64,000 bases of DNA from Nitrospirota bacterium. Its GTDB lineage: Bacteria; Nitrospirota; UBA9217. Positions 28,444-37,578 of this stretch are shown piece by piece (the stretch's first letter is position 1; each line of letters opens with the position of its first letter). Below the pieces are notes generated by a model that was given only the letters and a program-made list of their open reading frames with translations, made no database searches and was not told where the DNA came from. The stretch spans positions 6,724 through 70,723 of the forward strand of contig DATIZR010000064.1 in assembly GCA_035516965.1 (NCBI GenBank). Reading direction: 5' to 3'. The position numbers were made by a program, and so were the translations under genes.

Positions 28444-28687
28444 AATCAGACCTCCTTTTCTTTGGATAAGTATTCGGAAATTGACCTGAAGCGACAGTTT
28501 TGGGCCGTAATTCCCGTCCATTTCTGGCGGTCCGTTCAATTAAGAGTTGTTTTTTACCTGGTATTGACCCTATAATCGATCTTAAATATTACTTTGACAG
28601 ATAACTGTTTTGTGCTACAATGGTTTCTATACCAACCATTTGTATCACAGGGCTTTCCCGTTGTCAAGAGTCAATTTGGAGGTTTCG

Positions 28688-29203
28688 ATGGCGGAAAAAA
28701 ACGATGCTGTGGCTGAGATCATAGACAACATACGCAGGGTATTTCAGGTCGTGAACGAACAATCAAAGCTTGCTGAACATAAGACTGGCCTTACCGGACC
28801 TCAGCTCTGGGCGATCAAGACCATCGCCCAGGGCGCCCCGATCATGGTATCGGAAATCGCAATGCGCATGCATCTCCACCCTGCAACTGTGGTGGGAATA
28901 CTGGACCGCCTCGAGACCCGCGGCCTCGTGCGTCGTGTCCGTTCAACAGAGGACCGCCGTGTCGTTCGTGTCGAACTGACCGCCCAGGGAGAAAACCTCG
29001 TAAAGAAATCTCCCGAAGTGGCGCAGGGGCTCCTGGTTTCAGGGCTCGAACAACTGAAAACAAAGAACCTGAAAACCATTGCCGCAGCCCTGGACCAGTT
29101 GGTCGAGATTCTGGGTGCGCAGGGAATACCCCCGAAACTCATCCTCTCGTCTGAAGTGAACAAGCCTGCAAAATCAGTGTCCAGGAGAACGCGATCGCGC
29201 TGA
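28688..29203 (+). CDS. MarR-family transcriptional regulator
   Basis: Winged-helix region LTGPQLWAIKTIAQGAPIMVSEIAMRMHLHPATVVGILDRLETRGLVRRVRSTEDRRVVRVELT. ATG at 28688 with GGAGG upstream. Confidence 0.8.
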   Translation: MAEKNDAVAEIIDNIRRVFQVVNEQSKLAEHKTGLTGPQLWAIKTIAQGAPIMVSEIAMRMHLHPATVVGILDRLETRGLVRRVRSTEDRRVVRVELTAQGENLVKKSPEVAQGLLVSGLEQLKTKNLKTIAAALDQLVEILGAQGIPPKLILSSEVNKPAKSVSRRTRSR

Positions 29204-29227
29204 TTTTTTTATGGTGCCTGATTACCT

Positions 29228-30262
29228 ATGAACAAGAAAGATCGGACATACATGCTTTCGGTCAACAGAAACATCTTATTGAGCGCCGTCCTGGCCGCTT
29301 TCGCGATCGGTGTCTTTATCGGCAGCGGATTTATAGCACTGACCACTCCTGGTCAAACGGAGAAAACAGCTCCCCTTGTCCCGGATGGAAACTTCAGATT
29401 TATTCGCACTGCTATGGCACTGAAGGAAGGTGGCGAAAACCGTCACAGCATGGAGCTTGCGCCCTTTCGCTATAAGATCAAGGCTTTGATAGATGAGAAG
29501 ATCAATCGGAATGAGGTAAAAGCTGCATCAGTTTACTTCCGCGATCTTAACAATGGTAATTGGTTCGGCATCGGAGAAAAAGAGAAGTTCTCGCCCAAAA
29601 GTCTTTTGAAACTGCCTCTCATGCTAGCCTATTTCAAGTGGGCGGAATCGAATCCACTCGTTTTACGGAAAAGGCTTACTTATAACGCTTCCCAGGGCCC
29701 CCTCGATCCGGAACCGAACAGGGGAAAAACAGGATTGGAATCAGACAGACCGTATACGGTAAACGATCTTATCTACCGGATGATGACCGAGGATGATAAT
29801 GACGCCTATTCACTATTGTTTGCCAACATACCGCGTCAAAGGATCGATAAGGTGTTCAAGGATCTGAATGTCGAATACGACCCCCATACTGAAGATGATT
29901 CCTTGTCACTCAGGGCATTTGCTTCCTTCTACCGGGTTCTCTTTAACGCATCCTATCTCAGCGAAAAAATGTCTGAAAAGGCTCTCATGTATCTCGCAAG
30001 ATCTTCCTTGAAGCATGGCATGGCGTCTGGCATTCCGTTGAACATTGACATCGCAGGCAAGTTCGGAGAGAGAACGGTTAAAACCACGATAGAGGGAAAG
30101 GAAACAGAGCTTCATCAGATGCACGAGTTCGGAATTATCTATCATCCCCGCCGTCCTTTTCTCATCGGCATCATGGTGCGGGGAGATGACGCAAACACGC
30201 TCACCAGGATCATCCACGACATTACAAAACTCGTCTATGAGGAAGTCGATCAGCAGTCGTAA
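29228..30262 (+). CDS. Membrane-anchored serine-hydrolase-like protein of the class A beta-lactamase fold (tentative)
   Basis: N-terminal TM anchor. A candidate S-x-x-K motif (FSPKSLLK) about 70 aa after the anchor. An overall size and spacing similar to class A beta-lactamase/PBP-like proteins, but the SDN and KTG boxes are not canonical. Lower-GC region. Confidence 0.35.
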   Translation: MNKKDRTYMLSVNRNILLSAVLAAFAIGVFIGSGFIALTTPGQTEKTAPLVPDGNFRFIRTAMALKEGGENRHSMELAPFRYKIKALIDEKINRNEVKAASVYFRDLNNGNWFGIGEKEKFSPKSLLKLPLMLAYFKWAESNPLVLRKRLTYNASQGPLDPEPNRGKTGLESDRPYTVNDLIYRMMTEDDNDAYSLLFANIPRQRIDKVFKDLNVEYDPHTEDDSLSLRAFASFYRVLFNASYLSEKMSEKALMYLARSSLKHGMASGIPLNIDIAGKFGERTVKTTIEGKETELHQMHEFGIIYHPRRPFLIGIMVRGDDANTLTRIIHDITKLVYEEVDQQS

Positions 30263-30672
30263 GCCTCCCCTGTTTGCCTTTCAGATTAAGTGCTATTCGA
30301 GGTTTCAAGATGGTTCATGATAGGCGGACTGATCCAAACGGCAATCAGGTTCGGAACGTCGAGAACGGATCCTTTCCGGAGGCACCCTGTTTCTCACAGG
30401 CGTATCAATTCTTTCGGAATTATATAGATGACAAACGCAACTATTCAGAAAGCAATTTTTTGGGTTGTGTTTGTATCGTTGGTGTTGAATGTGATTGTAA
30501 TGGTCGGGACACGACAATTGCGGGCGAGGGTTGAGAAGATTGAATCCACCTTTGGATTACAGGCCATGCCGCAATTGCAGCAAACACCATTGCAAAAAAG
30601 CCAACAATCAAAGTGAGATGGATTGAACGCTGTATGCGTCTTTCATCAAGCTCTATGATGGCGGCAACATGA

Positions 30673-31770
30673 TTGGTGGAGTCAGGATTCGGCAGTGTGC
30701 AATTCAGCTTTAATTTTAAGATCAAAACTCTGATCGCTTTCGCACCAAGCGACATATACCAGCCTGCTTATGAACGGACAACGCCTGCTGAAATCAGAGA
30801 TGTGAATTACCTTCTCCTTCTCGGGACCCATGACAGGCAAGTACCCAGCATACTAGGCAGCCGGGTTTATCAGCGAGTGCATTTCAGCAATCCCGGAGCA
30901 ATCTCTCCCTATTACATGAAGGCAGCACTGTATATCCACGGCGGAAATCACAGTCAATTCAATACAGACTGGGGAATCTATGACTTCCCGTGGCTGTACC
31001 GGCTTTTTACGAATATGAAAGACCAACTGAGCGCTGATGAACAGCATCAAATAGTTAAAGTGTGTGTCTCCTCGTTTCTCGATGCCACACTGAAAGACGA
31101 TAAGCGTTACATTTCGTTCTTCCGCGATTACCGTACCATTGACGAGTGGCTGCCGAGAACTGCTTATATCAGCCGCTTCCAGGACTCGGCCTTCCGGGCT
31201 CTTGCCGATTTTGATGAAGATATCGACCCGGCGACAGCGACAATCCCCGGCGGAGAAGTCATAGGCCGCGATCTTTCCCAGTGGCACGAGCAAGACATCG
31301 ACTATCATTACTTTTTGCCTTTTGGTAGCCGCGGCAACAGGGTCGTATCGATCGGCTGGGAGGCAAGAAAGAAAAGCTCTCCGATGTGGGGAATCAGGCT
31401 CCCCGCAAACGCAGTACATTCTTTGAGGCTGAAGCCATCGGACAATCTCACGTTTTCCCTCTTCTGTCCGGATCAGAAAGGATTGCCGGATATCAGCATC
31501 CAATTGAGCGATTCCCGAGGCAGGACATCGAAACTACCCTTGAGTGACATTATTACACTTCAAAAGCCTCTTCATTACTCGCTGACAAAGTTCGATTTTC
31601 TTGAAAAACCCTCGCCGGTAATTATCCTGCAAACAGTTTCGATCCCTTTCTCACGCTTCTTGCGATCGAACCCATTGTTTAATCTGAAGCGATTGCATGA
31701 GATAGATTTTCTCTTTAATAGCGAAAATGATGGCACGGTCCTGCTCGATGATATCGGTATTGAAAAGTAA
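30673..31770 (+). CDS. Alpha/beta-hydrolase-like C-terminal fragment with an extra C-terminal domain (possibly N-terminally truncated)
   Basis: …LLLLGTHDRQVP… and …YIHGGNHSQF… resemble the acid and His regions of alpha/beta hydrolases. No nucleophile-elbow (GxSxG) region or credible start was found upstream. Confidence 0.3.
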   Translation: MVESGFGSVQFSFNFKIKTLIAFAPSDIYQPAYERTTPAEIRDVNYLLLLGTHDRQVPSILGSRVYQRVHFSNPGAISPYYMKAALYIHGGNHSQFNTDWGIYDFPWLYRLFTNMKDQLSADEQHQIVKVCVSSFLDATLKDDKRYISFFRDYRTIDEWLPRTAYISRFQDSAFRALADFDEDIDPATATIPGGEVIGRDLSQWHEQDIDYHYFLPFGSRGNRVVSIGWEARKKSSPMWGIRLPANAVHSLRLKPSDNLTFSLFCPDQKGLPDISIQLSDSRGRTSKLPLSDIITLQKPLHYSLTKFDFLEKPSPVIILQTVSIPFSRFLRSNPLFNLKRLHEIDFLFNSENDGTVLLDDIGIEK

Positions 31771-31872
31771 GGTCTTCGTTTAAAAAACCCGAGCACACAA
31801 ATTCCGTACTACTCCGTAACATAACATCAAGAACGTCCTCCATGCCTTTTGCGTCTGTCCATAGTTTTTTCC

Positions 31873-33144
31873 TTACAGCAGCTTCATCTGCCCCTTGATC
31901 TCTCTGCGCTCCACGTCCTCGAAGATCCTGATCTTGCCGTACTCGCCGTCGTACCCCGGGGCGATGTTCACGTTCCCGCTCCGCATGCGGCTGATCGCCT
32001 CCCGGACAAGCGGGGAGCTTGCCTGCTCGATATCCTCGAGCGGCGCGTTCAGGAGGATAAAGAACTCGTTCCCGAGCTTCTCGAGCATGGCAAAATAGAG
32101 TGCAGTGACCTTCTTGGTGTTCGGCCCGCACTGCAAGCCCTCGGCGATTATCTCAGGCAGGGGGATGATCGAGGTGAAGCCGGGGGCATTCGTAAGCCGG
32201 TAACCGTGCTCGCGGTCAGCCAGCTTCTCCACGCGGTGCATCACACCAACGGTCACCTTCTTGCCGCAGGTCGGGCAGCGGTAATTATGAAGAACCGTTT
32301 CCTTCGGCGTGAGGCTCACGCCGCAGTCCCGATGTCCGTCGGAGTGATACTTGCCCTCTTCGGGAAAGAATTCGATCGTGCCGAGGAACCCCTTCCTTGT
32401 CCTGATGGCCTCCATCATCGCGGGGTAGGAAATCTCCGTGTCGAAGATGTTCGCCTCGCGTCCGATCTTGGCCGCCGAGTGGGCATCGGAATTGGAAACG
32501 AGGGTGATTCTATCGAGCGCGGAGAGCTGCCAGTTCATGAGCGGGTCCGACGAGAGCCCTGTCTCGATGGCATGAATGTTCGGTGTTAGTTCCTCGTAGC
32601 ATTCTTCGAGCGAATCGAACCCCGATGCCGCGCCGAAGACCGAGAAGTGAGGGGTCCAGGCATGGGCGGGAATGTAGAGATTCTCCGGCGAGGCTTCGAG
32701 CGTGATCCTGAGCAGCTCCTTGGCATCCAGCCCGAGGATCGGCCTGCCGTCGGCCTTGAGGTTCCCGATCTTCGAGAGTGCCAGATTCAGCCGGGCAGCG
32801 GCCGACAAGTCCGGCGCGAGGATGACGGAATGGACCTTCCGCGTCTTCCCGTTCTTGCTGTAGATGCAGCTGACCTCCGCCGAAAGGATGAACGAGACAT
32901 CGGCCTTGCAGGAGGCAGGAACATCATCGGTCTGATATTCCTTTTTGAGCGTGAAGAGGCCGCTGCCTCCAGGTTCGAGCTTCTGATCAAGCTCCTTCAG
33001 CCACTGGGGATGCGTGAAGTCTCCGGTCGCGATCACGGAGATACCCTTGAGCTGTGCCCATTTCCAGATGCCTTCGGGCGACATGTCCTTGCTCGTTGCG
33101 CGGGAGTAGTGAGAATGGACGTGGAGGTCGGCGATGAAACGCAT
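31873..33144 (-). CDS. PHP-domain endonuclease of the EndoQ family (TIGR00375-like) with a Zn-ribbon
   Basis: N-terminus MRFIADLHVHSHYSRATS (PHP metal-binding His cluster). …GDFTHPQW…. C-terminal CPTCGKK Zn-finger. 423 aa matches the EndoQ size. Confidence 0.65.
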   Translation of the reverse strand: MRFIADLHVHSHYSRATSKDMSPEGIWKWAQLKGISVIATGDFTHPQWLKELDQKLEPGGSGLFTLKKEYQTDDVPASCKADVSFILSAEVSCIYSKNGKTRKVHSVILAPDLSAAARLNLALSKIGNLKADGRPILGLDAKELLRITLEASPENLYIPAHAWTPHFSVFGAASGFDSLEECYEELTPNIHAIETGLSSDPLMNWQLSALDRITLVSNSDAHSAAKIGREANIFDTEISYPAMMEAIRTRKGFLGTIEFFPEEGKYHSDGHRDCGVSLTPKETVLHNYRCPTCGKKVTVGVMHRVEKLADREHGYRLTNAPGFTSIIPLPEIIAEGLQCGPNTKKVTALYFAMLEKLGNEFFILLNAPLEDIEQASSPLVREAISRMRSGNVNIAPGYDGEYGKIRIFEDVERREIKGQMKLL

Positions 33145-33394
33145 GCGGGATTATAGCATGAAAATTATTTATTGCCATTATTATCAAATCGAGGCATGGC
33201 GCACTTCATCGCGTGTCATGCGAGGAGCGAAGCGATGAAATAATCTTTACCGCGAGATTGCCGCGCTCCAAGCAGCAATGACCGACAAGTCAAGAGAACA
33301 ATAGCAATAGGATGGTCAATTTCGTTGTGCAATAAATTGATTTCTGATAGACTCATTTTGTCGCTTGATATACGGTTAGATCCAGAGAGGCAAA

Positions 33395-33853
33395 ATGCGA
33401 TTATTTTTGGGATTGATTTCTGCACCGATTATGATTTTCATTTTTTTAGTAAGTCTCAGTGGTGCAGCAGATACTTTTACTATTTCAAAAAGTTCTGGTG
33501 GTGGCTTTGCAGCAACACACCATATTCTTTCAGTTAATCAGGATGGCGTCGTTACGAGAAAAATAATTTCTTTTGTCATGCCATCACAAAATAATAGAGA
33601 AGAAGTAGTAGGAAAAGTAAATATCGAAGATGCAAAGCATTTATATTCACGTTTAAGGCAGATAGATTTTGAAAAAATTGAATACCATCAGCCAAGCAAT
33701 ATAAGTGCGTCACTCGGTCTAACTGTTAACTCAAAATATTACGAAGTAACTTGGCATGGAAATCCGGAAGAAATAAAGGCTGTTTTAGATATATATAATG
33801 AGATGACAAAATTACTTGCTCCTATCATTGATCCTATAACAAAAAAAGATTAA
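33395..33853 (+). CDS. Hypothetical secreted protein in a strongly AT-rich islet
   Basis: Signal-peptide-like N-terminus MRLFLGLISAPIMIFIFLVSLSGAA. The surrounding approximately 600 nt are far more AT-rich than the rest of the window. Confidence 0.4.
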   Translation: MRLFLGLISAPIMIFIFLVSLSGAADTFTISKSSGGGFAATHHILSVNQDGVVTRKIISFVMPSQNNREEVVGKVNIEDAKHLYSRLRQIDFEKIEYHQPSNISASLGLTVNSKYYEVTWHGNPEEIKAVLDIYNEMTKLLAPIIDPITKKD

Positions 33854-34058
33854 AAGAAATTAAGGAAAAGAATAGGATTGATCAAAATAAAATCCACTGT
33901 TCTCAATGAACGTAATGAGATTATCGCGTTTCAGAACTTTTTTGCTGGAGGTCGAGGGCAGCCCGAATCGACACTAATCCAACGGGCGCATCGAGATGGG
34001 CGCTATAACCCGCGCTCGTCATGCCGCACGTTAACCTACCTTCCGGAGAAAGAGCCAT

Positions 34059-34526
34059 ATGTTCAACATGTCCGTACCGTGGTGGGAACTGATCCTGAGA
34101 GGCATTGTCGTCTACCTTTTCCTTCTCGCTCTTCTGCGCATTACCGGCAAGCGGCAGGTCGGCCAGCTGGCGCCGTTCGACCTGGTCCTGCTGCTCGTGC
34201 TGTCGAACGCCGTCCAGAACTCGATGAACGCGGGGGACAATTCGTTGATCGGCGGCCTCATTTCCGCCGCGACGCTCATCGCCCTTAACTACCTCGTCAG
34301 CCTCGCCACGTGGCGCAGCAAGAAGCTGGAGGCCATCATCGAGGGACGTCCGCAGGTCCTCATCCATAACGGCAAACTTTTTGAAGAGGTCATGGCGGCC
34401 GCAAAGCTCACACACCATGAGCTGAATGCTGCTCTACGCAAGGCGGGCTGCGCTTCCTCTGAGGAGGTCCAGTCGGCGATACTCGAAAATAGCGGATCGA
34501 TCAGTGTAGTGCCCCGGCGAGGTTGA
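34059..34526 (+). CDS. YetF/DUF421-family membrane protein
   Basis: WELILRGIVVYLFLLALLRITGKRQVGQLAPFDLVLLLVLSNAVQ matches the DUF421 N-terminal TM/GKR region. 155 aa. Confidence 0.7.
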   Translation: MFNMSVPWWELILRGIVVYLFLLALLRITGKRQVGQLAPFDLVLLLVLSNAVQNSMNAGDNSLIGGLISAATLIALNYLVSLATWRSKKLEAIIEGRPQVLIHNGKLFEEVMAAAKLTHHELNAALRKAGCASSEEVQSAILENSGSISVVPRRG

Positions 34527-34630
34527 AACCACAAACTTAACCACAGAGAACACTGAGAAGAAATCTCTTAGATGTTCAAAAAAGTCTATGAACTCTGTGG
34601 CTAGAACTTCTCCAAAACTACGCTGGCGCC

Positions 34631-34710
34631 GAGGGGTGAGGTATATGTTTTCTCGCACCCGACTACTATTTCAGTATTTCCTCGACGTTCTCTGTGGTTG
34701 CTTTTTAAAT
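34631..34710 (+). promoter_or_regulatory. Conserved approximately 80-nt leader element, copy 2 (SD-like GAGGGGTGAGG plus the MFSRTRLLFQYF… mini-ORF, here in-frame with the downstream lipoprotein gene)
   Basis: ATG at 34645 preceded by gaggggtgaggtat. About 85% identical to 4441..4520. It reads through in-frame to the ATG at 34735. Confidence 0.5.
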
Positions 34711-34734
34711 AAGAATAAAACGGTAGGAGGACTT

Positions 34735-35160
34735 ATGAAAGGATATGCTTTTTCAACGCTGCTCATGATAGTTGTTCTTTCCGGCTGCCATACAGCGGCA
34801 AGCTTCATCCTTCCGCCGGATACAGATTTGATGATTAACGGCGAACGCGTTGTCTTTAATGCACACGATGAAGAAGGGCGCTCGAAGCTCGAACGAAGAC
34901 CGTTTTTCTGGAACTCGATCGCCGGGATACAATACACTCTCCTGCAGGATGACAAGATCATTAAAAAAGATAAGCTGCCGTCCGGTTTCAGGATCACATC
35001 AATCTTTTGGCCCCCCTATGCATACATTTACTGGCCTGTCGGCTTTCGATTCGCCTGTTATGATCTATCGGATCCAAAGAAGGAGTTCGTGGAAAAGTGT
35101 ACTATACGCGATGGACAGGCAGGAAAGATGGAATCGCATCCGTCCACAACAATGCAATAA
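34735..35160 (+). CDS. Lipoprotein of unknown function
   Basis: ATG at 34735 with TAGGAGGA 6 nt upstream. Signal peptide plus lipobox MKGYAFSTLLMIVVLSGC. Confidence 0.6.
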   Translation: MKGYAFSTLLMIVVLSGCHTAASFILPPDTDLMINGERVVFNAHDEEGRSKLERRPFFWNSIAGIQYTLLQDDKIIKKDKLPSGFRITSIFWPPYAYIYWPVGFRFACYDLSDPKKEFVEKCTIRDGQAGKMESHPSTTMQ

Positions 35161-35280
35161 GTCATGATGGGCACCCACAAGGGGTGCCCCTACAGGATGT
35201 TCTCAAACCGCTTCTTTTCTGCCATAACGACCGATGTCTCTGTCAGGCGTTTGGGAATGGACCAATACTTCCTGAACGGA

Positions 35281-35649
35281 TCATGCCTCCCTCACGACCT
35301 CCTCGTCCTCTTTCTTCCACGCGGGGTCCACGATGCAGATGAAAACGAGATCTTTCCCCCCGGTGTTCTGGATGCATTGCATCGCCTTCGGCGGGATATA
35401 GATCGTTGATCCCGGCCTGGCCGGGGAAGCCTCATCATCGATGTACATGACGCCCTCGCCTTCAATAATATAGTAGACTTCCGATGTTCGGAGGCGGTGC
35501 TTCCAGGTCGTGAGGCCGGGCTTCACGATTGCGTGGGCAAGGCTGTAGCGGAGCGAGAGGTCCGCCTTGTCCGGGTGCAGGATCTCGCGCAAGATGCAGT
35601 TATCACCCGCGATGAATTCCGGGCAATCTTTCAATTCTCTGATGAGCAT
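35281..35649 (-). CDS. Cupin-2 domain protein
   Basis: 122 aa. …HRLRTSEVYYIIEGEGVMYIDDE…STIYIPPKAMQCIQNTG… is the cupin two-motif architecture. Confidence 0.7.
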   Translation of the reverse strand: MLIRELKDCPEFIAGDNCILREILHPDKADLSLRYSLAHAIVKPGLTTWKHRLRTSEVYYIIEGEGVMYIDDEASPARPGSTIYIPPKAMQCIQNTGGKDLVFICIVDPAWKKEDEEVVREA

Positions 35650-35800
35650 GACGAGAACCTCCTTTTTTTACCACAGAGGGCACGGAGCTGACACTTGCTT
35701 ATCACTTCGCGCCTCCGCGTGAGATGCTTTTGACCTCGCCTTCGGCCTTCACTCCTGCTGCTTGACGCCGCGCTCCTGTTCCAGTACACTGAGTCCCACC

Positions 35801-36589
35801 ATGGACCGGCAGGAATTACACAACCTAAGGAAATGGTTTTCCGAATACTGCAGGTCATTCTACACGCCTGTCCCGGAAGACCAGAAGAACATCGTGCTCA
35901 AGGAAGAGCACACGCGCTGCGTATGCGAGAACATGGCCGAGATTGGGCGACACCTTGGTCTCGACCCGGGGAGGGCCGCCCTGGCCGAGGCCGTCGCGCT
36001 CTTTCATGATGTCGGCCGCTTTCCCCAATATCATCGATACAAAACCTTTCGCGACGACCTCTCGACAAACCATGCGGCCCTGGGCGCAAGCGTGCTCGTG
36101 AAGGAAAACGTCCTCAGGAACCTTCCCCGAAACAAGCGCGACCTCGTTGTACACGCCGTGACGCTCCATAACGCGTTGGCGGTACCCGAAGGCCTCGACG
36201 TAGAGACCCTTCTCTTCCTCAGGATGGTCCGCGATGCGGACAAGCTCGACATCTGGCGCGTGTTCATCGATTACTATGCGCAGCGGAACGAGGACCGGGC
36301 AAATGCCGCGGCCCTGGGCCTGCCCGACACGCCCGAATACTCAGCCGAGGCGCTTTCGTCGCTCAGGAAGAGGGAACTCGTGCTGCTCAAGTCCCTCAGG
36401 ACCCTGAACGATTTCAAGCTGCTCCAGCTTGCCTGGATCTTCGACCTGAACTTCGTGCGCTCCCTTGAGCTTGTCCGGGAACGGTCCATTATAGACGGGA
36501 TCGCGAAGACCCTTCCGCAAAAAGAGGATATAGCGTTGGCAGTGGCTTCTGTTCGAGACTATGTCGATAAAAAACTGGCCGCTGCCTAG
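35801..36589 (+). CDS. HD-domain metal-dependent phosphohydrolase
   Basis: ALFHDVGRF… (HD motif) with …VRDADKLDIW… as the downstream Asp. ATG at 35801. Confidence 0.7.
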   Translation: MDRQELHNLRKWFSEYCRSFYTPVPEDQKNIVLKEEHTRCVCENMAEIGRHLGLDPGRAALAEAVALFHDVGRFPQYHRYKTFRDDLSTNHAALGASVLVKENVLRNLPRNKRDLVVHAVTLHNALAVPEGLDVETLLFLRMVRDADKLDIWRVFIDYYAQRNEDRANAAALGLPDTPEYSAEALSSLRKRELVLLKSLRTLNDFKLLQLAWIFDLNFVRSLELVRERSIIDGIAKTLPQKEDIALAVASVRDYVDKKLAAA

Positions 36590-36606
36590 CCTCCTGTCTC
36601 CCTGCG

Positions 36607-37458
36607 TCATTGCCCCCCGCGCCTCATCCGGTAATATCGGGAGAGGACCGTCCGGATGTTCTGCACGATATCCTCCTTGGCATTGATGATGAAGATCCGG
36701 TCCATGACCTGGAAGAGCTCCCGCTCGATGCGCACCGTCTCAGGCGGGTACGCGTATCTTCGGGCGAACTCCGCTTCGAACATGGGTACGATCTTGTCCT
36801 TCATCCGCAGCTCCGTGTCCATCAGGAAGACTGCGACCTCCGGCGCCAGGTCATCCACCCGGTCCAGGAACGCCGCGATCTCCCGGTCGTAGATCTGCTT
36901 GGGTGGCGATGATTTCACCTCGAGGTAGAAGAGCGAGCTGTCGATCCTCGCTATCACGTCATAATCGCCGCCGACTTTCGGCCGCCTGAACTTCACTCCC
37001 CAGACGACTTCGGCGCCGAACTCCTGCTTCAGCACCTCGGCTGCGTACCATTCCAGCGTGGTGCCGAAGCTCCTGATCGGCCTCCTCGGCAGGATGTAGC
37101 CTCCGGTTTTTTTCCGGACAAGCTTCACGGACAGCAGGTGCTCGAGATAGCTGCTCGTGACTCCCGCACTTGCATACCGGGTCACGTCTTCCAGCGTGAA
37201 CTTTTCCTGATGCTTGATCACGTCGCGCAGAAAGAGACGGAAGGAGTATTTGTACAGCATCTGATAGAAACGGTTGATATGACGTTTTGCCGGGATCAGA
37301 AGGTCTTCGGAAGGTTCTTTCTTGTAGATGAGGAAGCCCCGCCGCTTCAGGAGCATGGCGAGGCTTGGGGTGAGGCGCTTGAGGGCCGCGCGAAGCCGTC
37401 TGTTTTCGGCCCTCAAATACGATAGCTCATCGAGCGTTCTGTCTTTGGCGCGAGGCAC
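36607..37458 (-). CDS. Hypothetical protein: winged-helix-like region plus a candidate PD-(D/E)xK nuclease core
   Basis: …GGDYDVIARIDSSLFYLEVKSS… fits the D-(x)n-E-x-K restriction-endonuclease-like motif. Upstream segment …FTLEDVTRYASAGVTSSYLEHLLSVKLVRKKTGGYIL… is wH-like. No family recognised with certainty. Confidence 0.4.
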   Translation of the reverse strand: MPRAKDRTLDELSYLRAENRRLRAALKRLTPSLAMLLKRRGFLIYKKEPSEDLLIPAKRHINRFYQMLYKYSFRLFLRDVIKHQEKFTLEDVTRYASAGVTSSYLEHLLSVKLVRKKTGGYILPRRPIRSFGTTLEWYAAEVLKQEFGAEVVWGVKFRRPKVGGDYDVIARIDSSLFYLEVKSSPPKQIYDREIAAFLDRVDDLAPEVAVFLMDTELRMKDKIVPMFEAEFARRYAYPPETVRIERELFQVMDRIFIINAKEDIVQNIRTVLSRYYRMRRGGQ

Positions 37459-37578
37459 GGTCGCTATTCTCTTTCAAGGCCTGGCAGAGGATCCCGTCCA
37501 CCTTGCCAAGATTTGTAGCACAGCCTGAAATGTAACCGACGTGCGAAAAAGTTTTTTTGTGCAACCTTCCATCCGACG

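Larger units (their letters stand above)
26940..28600. repeat. Tandem duplication (about 2 x 0.8 kb) comprising a pal-like gene together with its 5' leader and promoter region
   Basis: The upstream regions 27539..27700 and 28444..28600 share the same architecture and long identical stretches (e.g. agacctccttttctttg[a/g]ataagtattcg[a/g]aaattgacc…ttcaattaaga[a/g]ttgtt…). The coding regions are about 65-70% identical. Confidence 0.7.

Noticed and set aside
30274-30616. Small ORFs (86 aa, 62 aa) upstream of the alpha/beta-hydrolase fragment, as the missing N-terminus of that gene
   Set aside because: Translations show no nucleophile-elbow GxSxG or other hydrolase motif, so they do not restore the gene. 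The region is more likely non-coding or decayed.
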